From assembly GCF_963921235.1 (NCBI RefSeq), contig NC_086108.1, forward strand, positions 21,204,001 to 21,268,000: a stretch of 64,000 nt of DNA, in the 5' to 3' direction. Both the position numbers and the translations under genes were made by a program. Below, in pieces: positions 37,116 to 50,691 of the stretch (position 1 is the stretch's first letter; each line of letters starts with the position of its first letter). The notes below the pieces were generated by a model. The model did no database searches and was not told the origin of the DNA. It saw only the letters and a program-made list of their open reading frames with translations. The DNA is from Mobula hypostoma. Its lineage: Eukaryota.

Positions 37116-39965
37116 TAGAACATAGAACATAGAATAGTACAGCACAGTACAGGCCCTTCGGCCCACAATGTTGTGCTGACCCTCAAACCCTGCCTCCCAT
37201 ATAGGCCCCCACCTTAAATTCCTCCATATACCTGTCTAGTAGTCTCTTAAACTTCACTAGTGTATCTGCCTCCACCACTGACTCAGGCAGTGCATTCCAC
37301 GCACCAACCACTCTCTGAGTAAAAAAAACCTTCCTCTAGTATCCCCCTTGAACTTCCCACCCTTTACCTTAAAGCCATGTCCTCTTGTATTGAGAAGTGG
37401 TGCCCTGGCGAAGAGGCGCTAGCAATCCACTCTATCTATTCCTCTTATTATCTTGTACACCTCTATAATGTCTCCTCTCATCCTCCTTCTCTCCATAGAG
37501 TAAAGCCCTAGCTCCCTTAATCTCTGATCATAATGCATACTCTCTAAACCAGGCAGTATCCTGGTAAATCTCCTCTGTACCCTTTCCAATGCTTCCACAT
37601 CCTTCCTATAGTGAGGTGACCAGAACTGGACACAGTACTCCAAGTGTGGCCTAACCAGAGTTTTATAGAGCTGCATCATTACATCGCAACTCTTAAACTC
37701 TATGCCTCGACTTATGAAAGCTAACACCCCATAAGCTTTCTTAACTACCCTATCCACCTGTGAGGCAACTTTCAGGGATCTATGGACATGTACCCCCAGA
37801 TCCCTCTGCTCCTCCACACTACCACATATCCTGCCACTTACTTTGTACTCTATCTTGGAGTTTGTCCTTCCAAAGTGTACCACTTCACACTTCTCCAGGT
37901 TGAACTCCATCTGCCACTTCTCAGCCCACTTCTGGATCCCATCAATGTCTCTCTGCAATCTTCGACAATCCTCTCGACTATCTACAACACCACCAACCTT
38001 TGTGTTGTCTGCAAACTTGCCAACCCCCCTTTCTAACCCCACATCCAGGTCGTTAATAAAAATCACGAAAAATAGAGGTCCCAGAACAGATCCTTGTGGG
38101 ACACCACTAGTCACAATCCTCCAGTCTGAATGTACTCCCTCCACCACGACCCTCTGCCTTCTGCAGGCAAGCCAATTCTAAATCCACCTGGCCAAGCTTC
38201 CCTGGATCCCATGCCTTCTGACCTTCTGAATAAGCCTACTGTGTGGAACCTTGTCAAATGCCTTACTAAAATCCATATAGCTCACATCCACTGCACTACC
38301 CTCATCTATATGCCTGGTCACCTCCGCAAAGAACTCTATCAGGCTTGTTAGACATGATCTGCCCTTCACAAAGCCATGCTGACTGTCCCTGATCAGACCA
38401 TGATTCTCTAAATGCCCAGAGATCCTATCTCTAAGAATCTTTTCCAATAGCTTTCCCACCACAGATCACTGCTCTATAATTACCCGTACTATCCCTACTA
38501 CCTTTTTTGAACAAGGGGACAACATTCGCCTCCCTCCAATCCTCCAGTACCATTCCCGTGGACAACGAGGACGTAAAGATCCTAGCCAGAGGCTCGAAAA
38601 TCTCTTCCTCTGCCTCGTTGAGCAGCCTGGTGAATATTCCGTCAGGGCCTGGGGACTTATCCATCCTAATGTATTTTAACAACTTCAACACCTCCTCTCC
38701 CTTAATATCAACATGCTCCAGAACATCAACCTCACTCATATCGTCCTCACCTTCATCAAGTTCCCTCTCATTGGTGAATACCGAAGAGAAGTATTCATTG
38801 AGGACCTCGCTGACTTCCACAGCCTCTAGGCATCTCTTCCCACCTTTATCTCTAACCGGTCCTACCTTCACTCCTGTCATCCTTTTGTTCTTCACATAAT
38901 TGAAGAATGCCTTGGGGTTTTCCTTTACCCTACTTGCCAAGGCCTTCTAATGCCCCCTTCTTGCTCTTCTCAGCCCCTTCTTAAGCTCCTTTCTTGCTTC
39001 CCTGTATTCCTCAATAGACCCATCTGATCCTTGCTTCCTAAACCTCATGTATGCTGCCTTCTTCCACCTGACTAAATTTTCCACCTCACTTGTCACCCAT
39101 GGTTCCTTCACCCTACCATTCTTTATCTTCCTCACCAGGACAAATTTATCCCTAACATCCTGCAAGAGATCTCTAAACATCGACCACATGTCCATAGTAC
39201 ATTTCCCTGCAAAAACATCATCCCAATTCACACCCGCAAGTTCTAGCCTTATAGCCTCATAATTTGCCCTTCCCCATTTAAGAATTTTCCTGTCCTCTCT
39301 GATTCTATCCTTTTCCATGATAATGCTAAAGGCCAGGGAGTGGTGGTCACTGTCCCCCAGATACTCACCCACTGAGAGATCTGTGACCTGACTCGGTTCA
39401 TTACCTAATACTAGATCTAGTATGGCATTCCCCCTGGTCGGGCTGTCCACATACTGTGACAGGAATCTGTCCCCGACACACTTAACAAACTCTGCCCCAT
39501 CTAAACCCTTGGAACTAATGAGGTGCCATTCAATATTAGGGAAGTTAAAGTCACCCATGATAATAACCCTGTTATTTTTGCACCTTTCCAAAATCTGCCT
39601 CCCAATCTGCTCCTCTGTATCTCTGCTGCTATCAGGGGGCCTATAGAATACCCCCAAGAGAGTAACTGCTCCCTTCCTGTTCCTGACTTCCACCCATGCT
39701 GACTCAAAAGGGGATCCCGCTACATTACCCACCCTTTCTGTAGCTGTAATCGTATCCCTGACCAGTAATGCCACCCCTCCTCCCCTTTTTCCACCCTCTC
39801 TATCCCTTTTAAAGCACTGAAATCCAGGAATATTGAGAATCCATTCCTGCCCTAGTGCCAGCCAAGTCTCTGTAATGGCCACTACATCATAATTTCATGT
39901 ATGTATCCAAGCTGTCAGTTCATCACCTTTGTTCCTGATGCTTCTTGCATTGAGGTACACACATT
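37116..39965 (-). mobile_element. 5'-truncated CR1 LINE of the same family as 14325-18370
   Basis: ORFs 38947-39882 (APE: GDFN, LDL, SDH), 38431-38940, 38178-38462 and 37419-38147 (RT). (TTCTATG)n tail. Confidence 0.93.
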
Positions 39966-41097
39966 TATCTTGCACTGTAGGCACCCCTTAATTATAAATT
40001 AATTGATCTCCAATATTCCACGTCCACTTTGCTAGAGAGTCGTTTCTTCATGGGTTTTGCAAGATTCCACCAAAAACAAAAGTCTGCAATGCAGTAATTT
40101 GGAGCAAGGAAAAAAAGACCCCTGGAGCAAGTGTTTGTTTTTAATGCTCCAGATTAACTGACTTCACTTAAAGCAAACATTAAATATGGGACATTACGCA
40201 AATATTGCTAGTAATATTCAGTAGGTCGGGCAGCATCTGTGTTAATGTTTCAGGATGATGACCTTTCATCAAACTGCAGTTGTGCCATCCTTCACTGTAA
40301 GTGAATCATAATCCTGGAAACTTCCTAAATGACAGCATGGTTGAAGTAATTGCACTGTAAGAGTTCAGCGGGTAGCAGTAGTTCACCGTGATCTCTGAGT
40401 GAAATTAGGGACTGGCCTTGTTAGCAACACCATTATCTTAAGTACAATAAATGTGCCACCAGACTAGAGGCAACAGCCAGATGGAGCCCAAATTCATGCA
40501 TTATCTATAGAGGTCAGCAATGAATCACTTCATTTACTGACTTGTGTCGACCTCTCAAATCCTCAGGAATGTTTAGCAACCAGAAAATAATGTTCTAATT
40601 CACAACTGTATGTGGGCAAAACTGAGCTGAGCTCACACAGATAATTTGCTGATGATGTGAAATTTGGTTCGGTTGGGGTGTCTATAATGTCAATGCCAGA
40701 GAAAATAAACAAAGGAAAAGGGAAAAAAATGCCAAGAACAGGAACCAAACAGGGAGAAAGAGAGAAGGAAAAAGATACACAGTAAGAAGGCCATTTGGCC
40801 CATTCTGTCTGTGTTGACTGTAGAAACCATCCAGTTTGATCCCACTTCCAGGACTAATTCTGTGTCTCTTCGGCTTACATTTCTTTATTACACATCCAAC
40901 TACTTTTTAATGAGATGATGGTTGCTGCCTCCCCTATTGGATAGTCAGTTCCAGATCCCTTCTAGCTTCTGGATGAAAAATATCCATTCCTTCACCTTCC
41001 TCCTAACATTTGTTTTTTTTTTACAGTTTTGCTAAAGCAAATAGATCCTTCCCATTTCCCCAGTCTAGGGCCTTCATTATTTTTTTCACTTTAATTA

Positions 41098-42735
41098 TAG
41101 TGCCAATAAAAAGTATTCACCCCCTCGGAAGTTCTTGTGTTTTATTGTTTTACAATATTGAATCACAGTGGATTTAATTTGGCTTTTTTGATACTGATCA
41201 ATAGAAAAATACTTTTTTTTGTGTCAAAGTGAAAACAGATCTCTACAAAGTGATTTAAATTCATTACAAATCTCAAACACAAAATAATTAATTACTTAAG
41301 TATTCACGCCCTTCAAGTCAGTATTTAGTTAATGCACCTTTGGTAGCAAATAACAGCCTTGAGTCTGTGTAGGTAGGTCTCTTACAGCTTTGCACATCTA
41401 GACACTGCAATTTTTCCCCATTCTTCTTTACAAAGCTACTCAAGCTCTGTCAGATTGCATGGGGATTGTGAGTGAACAGCCCCTCTCAAGTACAGCCACA
41501 TATTCTCAATTGGATTGAGGTCTGGACTCTGACTTGGCCATTCCAGGACATTAACTTTGTTGTTTTTAAACCATTCCTGTGTAGCTTTGGCTTTATGCTT
41601 GGGGTCATTGTCTTGCTGGAAAACAAATCTCCCAAGTCACAGTTCTCTTGCAGATTGCATCAGGTTTTTCTGCATGATTTCCCTGTATTTGCTGCATTTA
41701 TTTTATTCTCTACCTTCACAAGCCTTCTAGGACCTGCTGCAGTGAAGCATCCCCACAGCATGATGCAGCCACCACTATACTTCACGGTAGGGATGGTGTG
41801 TATTTGATGATGTGTAGTGTTCAGTTTACAACAAACATAGCAATTAATCTGATGGCCAAAAAGCTCAATTGTGGTTTCATCAGACCATAGAACCTTCTGC
41901 CAGCTGACTTCAGAGTCTCCCACATGCCTTCTGGCAAACTCTAGCCAGAATTTCATGAGAGCTTTTTTCAACAGTGGCTTTCCACTCTTTGCACCTCTCC
42001 CATAAAGTTCCAACTGGTGAAGCACCTGGGCAACAGTTGTTGTATGTGCAGTCTCTCCCATCTCAGCCACTGAAGCTTGTAGCTCCTCCAGAGTTGTCAT
42101 AGGTCTCTTGGTGGCCTCTCCCACTAGTCCCCTTCTTGTACAGTCACTCAGTTTTTGTGGATTGCCTGTTCTAGGCAGATTTACAGCTGTGCCATATTCT
42201 TTCGATGAATGACGTAACTGTACTCCAAGGGATATTCAGTGACTTGGAAATTTTCTTGTATCCACCTTCTGACATGTGCTTTTTGATAACCTTTTCTCAG
42301 AGTTGTTTCAAGTATTCTTTTGTCTTCATGGTGTATTTTTGTAGTTTAGGATACTGACTCACCAGCAGTTGGACCTTCCAGATGCAGGTATATTTTTACT
42401 ACAATCAATTGAAACACCTTGATTGCAAACAGGTCTCCAAAAACAGATTTCCAAAGTCAGATTTCCATTGAACTACTGATGTGACTTTTAAAACCAATTG
42501 GCTGCACCAGTGATGATTTGGTGTGTCATATTAAAGGGGGTGAATAGTTATGCAATCAATTATTTTGTGTTTTATATTTGCAATTAATTTAAGTCATTTT
42601 GTAGAAATTTGTTTTCACTTTGACACAAAAGAGTCTTTTTGTCAAAAATTCCAAATTAAATCCACTGTGATTGAAGGTTGTAAAACAATGAAACATGAAA
42701 ACATCCCAGGGGCTGAATACCTTTTATAGGTACTG
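41098..42735 (-). mobile_element. Second full-length Tc1 copy of the same family, in OLFML2B intron 2
   Basis: TA-flanked, same TIRs. Peptides VLWSDET and KYSGGCIMLWGCF. Frameshifted. Confidence 0.92.
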
Positions 42736-43361
42736 TAAATCTTCCGTTAGCCTCTACTGGTCCATTGAAATCAATACAAACCTTTCCAAACTTCACTTAT
42801 TACTAATTTTTTCCAATCTTGGCAACATTCTTGTAAATCAGAAAGGGCTCAGATCTCTAACAAAGTGCACTTGGCAGGGAAGAAATAAAGGAAGTTAATA
42901 CCCCCAATGTGAGTTTTCTTGATGCAATGTTTGGAACATACCCTGGCCATGACCAACATGCTATTTTGTAGAAGAACATAACAAGGCAACAGTTTTAATC
43001 TGGGTATTGGCATGGAGTACATCTTCCATGCATCTACATGAGGATCAAACATTACTCCCTTCAACACAGCCATTAAATCAGGCAGCCACCCTGGTTTTAA
43101 CTATTCCAGTATCCACAAAACTCTTACAACCACTTATTATAATGATTATTGGAGGTCAGTATTAATATTTCTTAATTTTTACCATTAGATAAATACTTAT
43201 TGTCTTTTAATATATGTTGGCAATACCAAAGAAGAATGTCATTTTCTCTTTAGTCCAGTTTGTCTCCAGGCTAGTGTTTGATTGTGTAACTTTGTGATGG
43301 TGACCTGTGATTTATACTTTCAATTAAGTATAGCTTCAACACGTTTTCATTTTGTCTACAG

Positions 43362-43469
43362 CTCTCCTCAATGATGGAACTTTTAGAAAGCACCGTCTTT
43401 GGATTGGATCTCTTAAAGTTGCACTCCGTAACAATCAAACTCATTAAACATATTGAAAAACTGGAAGAG
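43362..43469 (+). CDS. OLFML2B: OLFML2B coding exon 3 (coiled-coil region)
   Basis: Not in the ORF track; read directly. ttttgtctacag|CTC... gives [42 protein letters not shown], matching recalled [36 protein letters not shown]. 108 nt, phase 0/0. Confidence 0.95.
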
Positions 43470-44341
43470 GTAAGATACTTGTTTACTTCTTGACTCAAAT
43501 ATTTTCCAACCCTCAGTCTTAAAGGTCAAGACTTAAAAACTTTAAACAGGACTTTGAGCAGGACCATAGTTCCATGGGATCTGTCCTATTCTCTTGTAAC
43601 TTGTTGAAGTAAGTGCAGTGCATACAGGAGCATAATAGCTGGCCCACACTAAGCCATAAAAGTCAGTGCAGGTATGTTTTCTACAACAGAGGGAAATCAG
43701 AGCGAGAGTCACTGAGTCTCAACTTTCAGCCTTTGTCATGGTTTGGTTTAGAACTACATAGAAAAGCCGAATCTAAAAATGTTCTGCTGCTCTCAATACT
43801 CCAAATGAACTCCCTCCAACCTAACTTCATCTTACCCAACTACATTATCTTTCTATACTTTTGTTTCCATGCCTGCCACACCTGCAAACCCCTCCCCCGT
43901 TACCTCTAATCCTGCCTCCAACTTTAATTCTCTAACTTTCCCTAATGCATCTCTACTAGTCCACTGAACCTTTCCATGTGGTAGGAGGAGCAACAATTTC
44001 ATTCCATTGGAGAGTGATATGGAAATAACCTGAAGAAGGGCATTTGGCTGAACAGGAAGAAATTTTAAGATCCTAGTGACAAAAGGAGGCTGAAAGAACT
44101 GCTGAGAAAGTTGTGCTGTCCTTTTATTGGATTCAAGGAAAATTAATCATCTGAACCTTCAGCCTATCAGACACTTGCTATTTCACTAACAGAATAGAAT
44201 TGTCCAATTGTCACCCATTACTTCATCTTTACAAAAAAAATGCTTTCTCTGTTGATGGATGGATAGGTATCAAAAGACTGCTTGATATTTTGTCAAATAA
44301 TGTCATGTCTTGTCTTTTCCTGCCTTGTATAAGTGACTGTA

Positions 44342-44447
44342 ACATACATCAAAGTTGCTGGTGAACGCAGCAGGCCAAGCAGCATCTCTAGGAAGAGGCG
44401 TAGTCGACGTTTCAGGCCGAGACCCTTCGTCAGGACTAACTAACTAA
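44342..44447 (-). mobile_element. 106-bp Penelope-derived mini-insertion carrying an intact hammerhead
   Basis: 11-bp TSD aagtgactgta at 44331-44341 and 44448-44458. Confidence 0.85.
44401..44438 (-). ncRNA. Minimal type-I hammerhead ribozyme (Penelope-associated), intact core, antisense in OLFML2B intron 3
   Basis: Minus strand reads UAGUC-CUGACGA-AGG(GUCUCGG)CCU-GAAA-CGUC^GACUA, with a 5-bp stem I and an intact core. Confidence 0.82.
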
Positions 44448-46019
44448 AAGTGACTGTAGTTTGGTAGGACATAACTACTGTAAAAGTATCAGCAACTCCC
44501 TCATCCCATTCAGGATGAGAAAGTTGCTGATGTTTGGTAGTGAGTGATTTTTGAATCGATTCAGAAACAGCCTGGAAGAAATAATTTGCAGTTAAGACTG
44601 CAATTGCAAATTATATTCCTGAATGACAATTTGAATCATTACAGCACATTTTCCTCTGCTTTTTTGTACAAAGCTTTTGCAGAGGGAGAGTTAATAACTG
44701 TACTCGACAATGCTGGAAACATTAATTGTTCTAAGCTGAAATAAACAGAGTGATTTTTTGTGAAATATTTGCATGCTTTAGAGTTCTACCTGTATTATGA
44801 TCTCATTATACCCAATTTCACATATTGATAGGATTGTGTGATTGTTATGCCTCTTCATCAAATCATTTATTTATAGGCAAATCTGTAAATTAGGAAGCCA
44901 TTCTTTGGATTGAGCACAGCAAGACTTTGTACTATTTTGTGTTGTCTGTCCAGGGAAGGTATATTACTCATTTTCAACAGTAGGGGCATATCAGATTCCT
45001 AACTATCTTCCTGAACCACGAGAACAGGTCATCTGATTCCTAAATTCCCAGAAATATTATTGTTTAATTGCAAGGTAAACTCGAAGTGAAATATTAACAT
45101 GACATAACTGCTAATTTTAAAATGGCAATTAAAACCTTTTTGCTGCTCTGATATAATTCTTCATAATTTCCATTTCGCTTAAACACCTTGAATTCTCAAG
45201 GTGAACTACCATTAAGGTCTGACTAATTTCATCATATATATCTTAAAAATTATAAATGGCAACATTGAAGAATTTTTATTAAAATTCCCATAAATCAAAA
45301 CCTGACTGTGGGAGGTAGTATGCAGGGTGTACAATAAATCTGTAATAGCAACTTCACACCTCCCCGACTGTGATTGACCATCTGTCTTAGGCTAATAATT
45401 TCCAATTGTAGTTATAAAGAAATGTGAAAATAGACAACACATTTATTGACTCACTGTAAAAGGGGCAAGCAATAATGGTTAGTGAGTGGACAGTAAAATC
45501 TGTTTCAGATTAAATGAATCTATATTTCTTCTGGCTGGGAATACAGTATATGTTTGTAAAGAAAGCTTATCTGTGAACTTGCTTATTCTCGGTGTCATCA
45601 CCTACACACTGCATCACTGCAACAACTGAATGAAGTCAGTCAACAAGGGGAAATCTTGAATCTTTCAGCATCTGTCAGAGTCTGTGAATGGAATTATCAA
45701 GCTACACTTGGCTGTTAGGTTCAAACTGAGCTACTGGATGCACTAGGCTTGTTGCACACAGAAGACAGGATGAACAGAGAGGAATGGTAGCTTAGTTCAA
45801 AGCAAAACAGAGGAACTGACCATATGGTAGAACAGGTGCTACATTCAAGTCCAAGTTTTAAGTTAAGTGGGAATATTAAAACTATTTCCCTTGATTGAAA
45901 GAAGAGGTAGATTTTTCTGAACATATTTCTTATTCTAACACCACCTGCATTTACAAGACGGGGCTCAGAATGATGGATGATATCACAAGTAGTTCCTCGC
46001 ATGCCGGCCTTACTTTTGG

Positions 46020-46240
46020 CTGGTAATATCCTTGCTTTTAAATCAAAAGGTTGTGAGTTTAAACCCCACTGCAGAGAACTGTAGGCAAAAAATTAACATA
46101 TTCCAGTGTAGCACTAGGGTGTAATGTGCTGTCAGAGGCACTGCCTTTTAAATGAGATCCCAAAGCAAGGTTTTGGCTGCTTCAAAAATAGATTCTGAAG
46201 ATCTCATAACACTACTTTGAAGGACAGCAGGAGAGTATCA
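46020..46240 (+). mobile_element. DeuSINE (SacSINE1/AmnSINE-like) relic
   Basis: tRNA-like head (ggttgtgagtttaaacccca), then gtgctgtcagaggcactgcctttt-aaatgaga...aagatctcataacactactttgaagg..gcagg, resembling the recalled Deu domain. Weaker relics at about 3650-3890 (-), 36850-37100 (+) and 53060-53350 (-). Confidence 0.6.
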
Positions 46241-49200
46241 CACGAAAAAAATAAGGAAAGGGTTTTAATCGACAGCCAGTCTGTTTAAGGCAGTATTAGG
46301 CAGAATGTTGGGATTGTAACAGTCAAATTACATGCATATTATAAAACTCAGTTATTCACTTCAATGCACTTCTGGGCTTGGTTGATGGTAGAGTTACCCA
46401 ATCATTTCTACTCTCTATAAAAATAGTATCATCACTTAATATGGATAAACAGACTATCTAATTGTTATCACATTGCTGTTTAGCAAGCATGGTGAGTGTA
46501 TGATTATCTGCTGTTTTATATCCTGTTGTTCAGAAAATGCTACTATGGCCATAAAACACTTCAAAATATCTAAGCTGTTAGACGAAAGGCTTTTTTTTAA
46601 AACAGTGGGACAATAATTTTTTTGTATCAGACAAAGGAAATCATGAACAGTAATGGGTAGCATGCAGCAGAGTAAAGCTAAAAGCAATGCTAAGTCATTT
46701 GAAGGGTTAAAGTATTTTCAGTGATGATCACATGCAAGATGAGAATCAGAGGCATCATTGTAAAATCTGATTAAATGTTTTCACAGAACAACAACTTCAA
46801 TTTGTATTGCAGCTGTAACAGGGTAAAAATGCCCCAGGGTGCTTCAAATGTATGTTTTCAAACAAATGTTAATGCCAAGCCATATAAAGTCAGAGCCAAA
46901 TCAAAGGAGAGCTTATAAGGATGATAGAGTGATAAGAGAGTTCAGGGTGGAGAGGTTTCTGGAGGGTTGGGGACTTTCTGAGCTTAGCTCAAATGGAGCA
47001 ATTATATCTTAACTACAAATGGAGCAATTATATCTGATAATGCTCAGGTGACCAGAGGTGGAGGGCATCAAGATACCATGGAAAATTAGATGGTTGGAGG
47101 AGAATATAGAGATAAGGATTAATGAGCCTGTGTAAGGGGTTTAAAACAAGAATTTTAAAAAAAGTTATAATCAGGTATAATAGGTGAGGAGGGCCTGAAA
47201 GAAATAAGAGCACCTGGATGTCCTCAAATTCATGGACAACAGAATAAGGAGGTCAGCCTTGTGTGTTGAAAGGTCAAGTCTTGAGGCAACACAGGTTGAG
47301 AAAAGAATTTCAGCAGCTGATAAGTTAAGGTAGTGGCAGAGTTAAATAATTTATAGAGGTCCAAATAGATATTCTCAGTGATGCCCTGAACACAACATCC
47401 AAAACTCAACACAATGTCCAATTAGAACACCAAGGTTGTGAACAGCTGAATGGTGTTGCCAGTAAGATTGGTGGAGTAGGTAGCAATGGACAGAGTTAGT
47501 AATGGACTCAATTGTTTACTTTGGTCACCCCAATATTGTATTGATAAGGTTGTATTGGGTTAGCGACAGTAGAGGAGTCAACAGTGATGATGAAGCTGAG
47601 GTGAAGCTAGGTAACATCATCACATATAGGAAATACAATGTGTGTGGTAGATTTTGGTGGAGGGTAGAATGAAAGGGGTCTGGGATAAATTGTTAGGGGT
47701 CACCAAAACGACAGTGTGTGAATTAGACTGGAGCTTGGCAGGAGTGATCTGGTCACCTCGATAGTGAAGAGGCAATGGGAGAGGATGATATAATCAAATT
47801 ATTGCAGTATATCATAAAATCTGAATGACTACCTTTGGTGTTGTAGCCTTTATGATACTCAGAGATCATTATAGTTGAAGACCTCCAGTCACACGACCTT
47901 GAGTGTTAATCACCTGGGCTTCTAGATGAGCGGGGTGCAGAGAAGCCACCTTGAGCTTCGTCTCTGTGCCTGAAAATGAAACCAGATAAAACTCTCATTA
48001 ACCTATTTGGTCTCATCTTATCCAGAATACTCTTCTTTGTTTCATCCATCCTTCCCACGCTTCATCTGCAACTTAAAACTCCTTTTCTAGTTCTAGATAT
48101 GAAACATTAACTCCGTTTCTCCTTCCCACAGACACCATTTATAGTATTTCTCTGTTTTTATTTCAGATTTCCCAGCATCTGTAGTTTTTTTTATTTTCAA
48201 AACTCTCCCTTCCTCATGTCCCTTTTCCACATTAGGCCATCTATTTTTCTCATTCAAATGCGATAGGCAACTTGAAGTGAAATAGTGCCTGTTATCAGTC
48301 TCTTACCCTTATTGTTCTCTGCATCTATCCTTCCAGGAATCTGACCATCCTTACTAGTAAGAACCTTTAAGTGCGCAAAGTTCTCATCAGCCTTGAATGT
48401 TCAGTCTGTCATTTTATCCATTTATAATAATCCAGCAAACAGACCCTCACTCCCTATTTTCACTCCTTCCTTTAAAGACAAGCCCCTTTAGAGATAAGCA
48501 GCCATATAATCTGTTTCAAATCAAATCAAATCAAGTTTAATTATCATTCAAACCATACATAGATACAACTGAATGATACAGCGTTCCTCTGGGGCCAAGG
48601 AGCGAAACATTCAAAAATAGCAAGTGGCATAATTCAAAATATCGAGCAAAGAAGCATATTCATTTAAAAAAAGGTATATATGTCTGGCAATCAATGGTAC
48701 AGTCTCCTGGCAGTCTGGCAGTGTACAAATGCACACAATCTATCCTGTCTTTCCACCACTTGAACATGGAAGGGCAGCTACGATGGGAGAGACCAGGCCC
48801 CAACCGAGCTCAGGCGCCATGCTATAAGTGCTTCAGTGTCTCTCCCTGGTCTGCAGGAGCAAATAAGCCTGAGGCTTGAGGCCTAGCTCTCACAACAACC
48901 AAGGCTACACAGCTCCCATGTTGCCAGAGAAGGGTAACAAGCCTGCAGCAACTTATATTATCACCGTCCAATAGAGTCTTGCGATCACAAGAGAAATGTC
49001 CGAGACAAACTCCCACAGTTATATGGCACCAATTTCGATGCTTCCAAGTAGTGGCAGCAACACAGTCTGCAGCCAGGTCAGCTCCTCTGACACACCAGCA
49101 GGCTCCACTGATATCCTGACTGACTCCTTCTCCACCATCTCGGTCCCTTCGACAGCTCAGCCGGCCTTCTCTCCAACATCATGGCTGGCTCCTTCGACAT

Positions 49201-50508
49201 CTCAGCCGGCTCCACCGCTGACACCAGTCCAGCTACTCCAATTAACAAGTAGCTCACTGATGGAGTAGCCCTGCAGTACCCAATGTTCTTAGAGTAGGAT
49301 TCCCTGCTGCTGTTTAAGATAATATAGTTAAGAATATTGAGAAAACTTACCCTCTTGTTAAATATTACCTGGAGATTAAATATCACATTTGAACCAAATG
49401 GGATAACTTCACTCAACTTGCCCAATCACTGTTCCCACAACCTATGGACTCACTTTCAAGGACTCTTCATCTCATGTTCTTGATATTTATTGCTTATTTA
49501 TTTATTATTTTTTTTGTGTTTGCAGAGTTTGTTGTCCTTTGAGCACTGGTTGAACACCCAGTTGGTGTGGTCTTTCATTGATTCTATTATGATTATTATT
49601 ATTCTATGATGGATTTATTGAGTATTCCTGCAAGAAAATGAACCTGGATTGTATATGGTGACATATATGTACTTTGATAATAAATTTACTGTGAATTTTG
49701 AAGTTTGTTAATCTATGATTTACTTCTGTACCCTCAGATGTATATTGGTTCCGAAAAAGCAGACAGAATTATTAGGCCATATCTGAAAATGGAGAAATGA
49801 ACAGATGTAGAATAGAGGGGGTGAAGAGGTAATGCTGGTTGTTTATAGGTATTAACATAGATTGAATATTAATCTATTCAGCAGGATCCAGTGATCAGAC
49901 CTCCTGATAATTTATTGACCCTGTTACACTGCAAAAAGCAGTGCATTTTGTGGATATCCCTGGCATTGAAAAAGTGGCCAAGTTCAGAATGCTCTTTGTA
50001 CCCCAAAAGGGAAAAATTCTATGCTTGTTTATGCTCTGTGGCAAGTTCCATGCACTAGATTTCAATCACTTTGTAGTCAATTGGAAATAAGGAGATATGC
50101 TGAATTTATGATTTAGAGAGTAAGCTGCTCATCTTTCTTGTACAACAGCTGACAATGGTATATGTGAAGGAGCCAACAGGCAGTGTTTAGAGTTGTTGAT
50201 TAAATGTGAAGACTGCATTGCATAATGGAGTTGTAAGATAAAACCCCAGAGATTAAGAGTTCAAATACCAACCTAGCTGGTGATCTCCATTAAGTAATAT
50301 CTACTCAATGCTTAGGTAAGGAGTAATATAGGAAATGATCAAAGCTGCCTGCAGACTTTGTGTAATACCAGTGGATTAATGTGATTTTGAAATTCCAGAA
50401 ATAATCTCAGTGAAAGCTCACCAAGGACCAATCAAAAGACAGCATGGGGAAATAAGAGGAGGCAGGGTGTGTTTGTACACTGGATTATTGATCTCCCTTT
50501 CTCTCCAG

Positions 50509-50691
50509 AAGCTGACTGCAGATACTTTGGAAGGAGATAGGCCCAGTACAGACAACGTCAACAAGGCTCAGAGTAAGATGGAGAAGAAGGAAAACCACAC
50601 AACCACTTATAGCAGCCTGAAGAAAGAGATGACCGACATTGGCACAAATCTACTGCAGAGAGATGCGGCTAATACCTACACCCAGTCAGAG
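50509..50691 (+). CDS. OLFML2B: OLFML2B coding exon 4
   Basis: Polypyrimidine tract ctccctttctctccag|AAG. Translates KLTADTLEG...KKEMTDIGTNLLQRDAANTYTQSE|GTAAGC; the LQRDAAxxY motif is typical of OLFML2B. 183 nt, phase 0/0. Confidence 0.88.

Noticed and set aside
19356..44447. CRISPR-like recurrence of a palindromic 30-40 nt motif
   Set aside because: Copies are dispersed on both strands with no regular spacers or cas genes. They are explained by Penelope termini.
46990..47035. 20-bp direct repeat caaatggagcaattatatct with a 6-bp spacer
   Set aside because: Only two units; a simple local duplication inside decayed LINE-like DNA, not an array.
48996..49268. Ser/Thr/Pro-rich ORF resembling the OLFML2B mucin-like linker
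   Set aside because: It lies between exons 3 and 4, whereas that linker follows exon 5. It has no convincing splice sites and falls inside a putative repeat.
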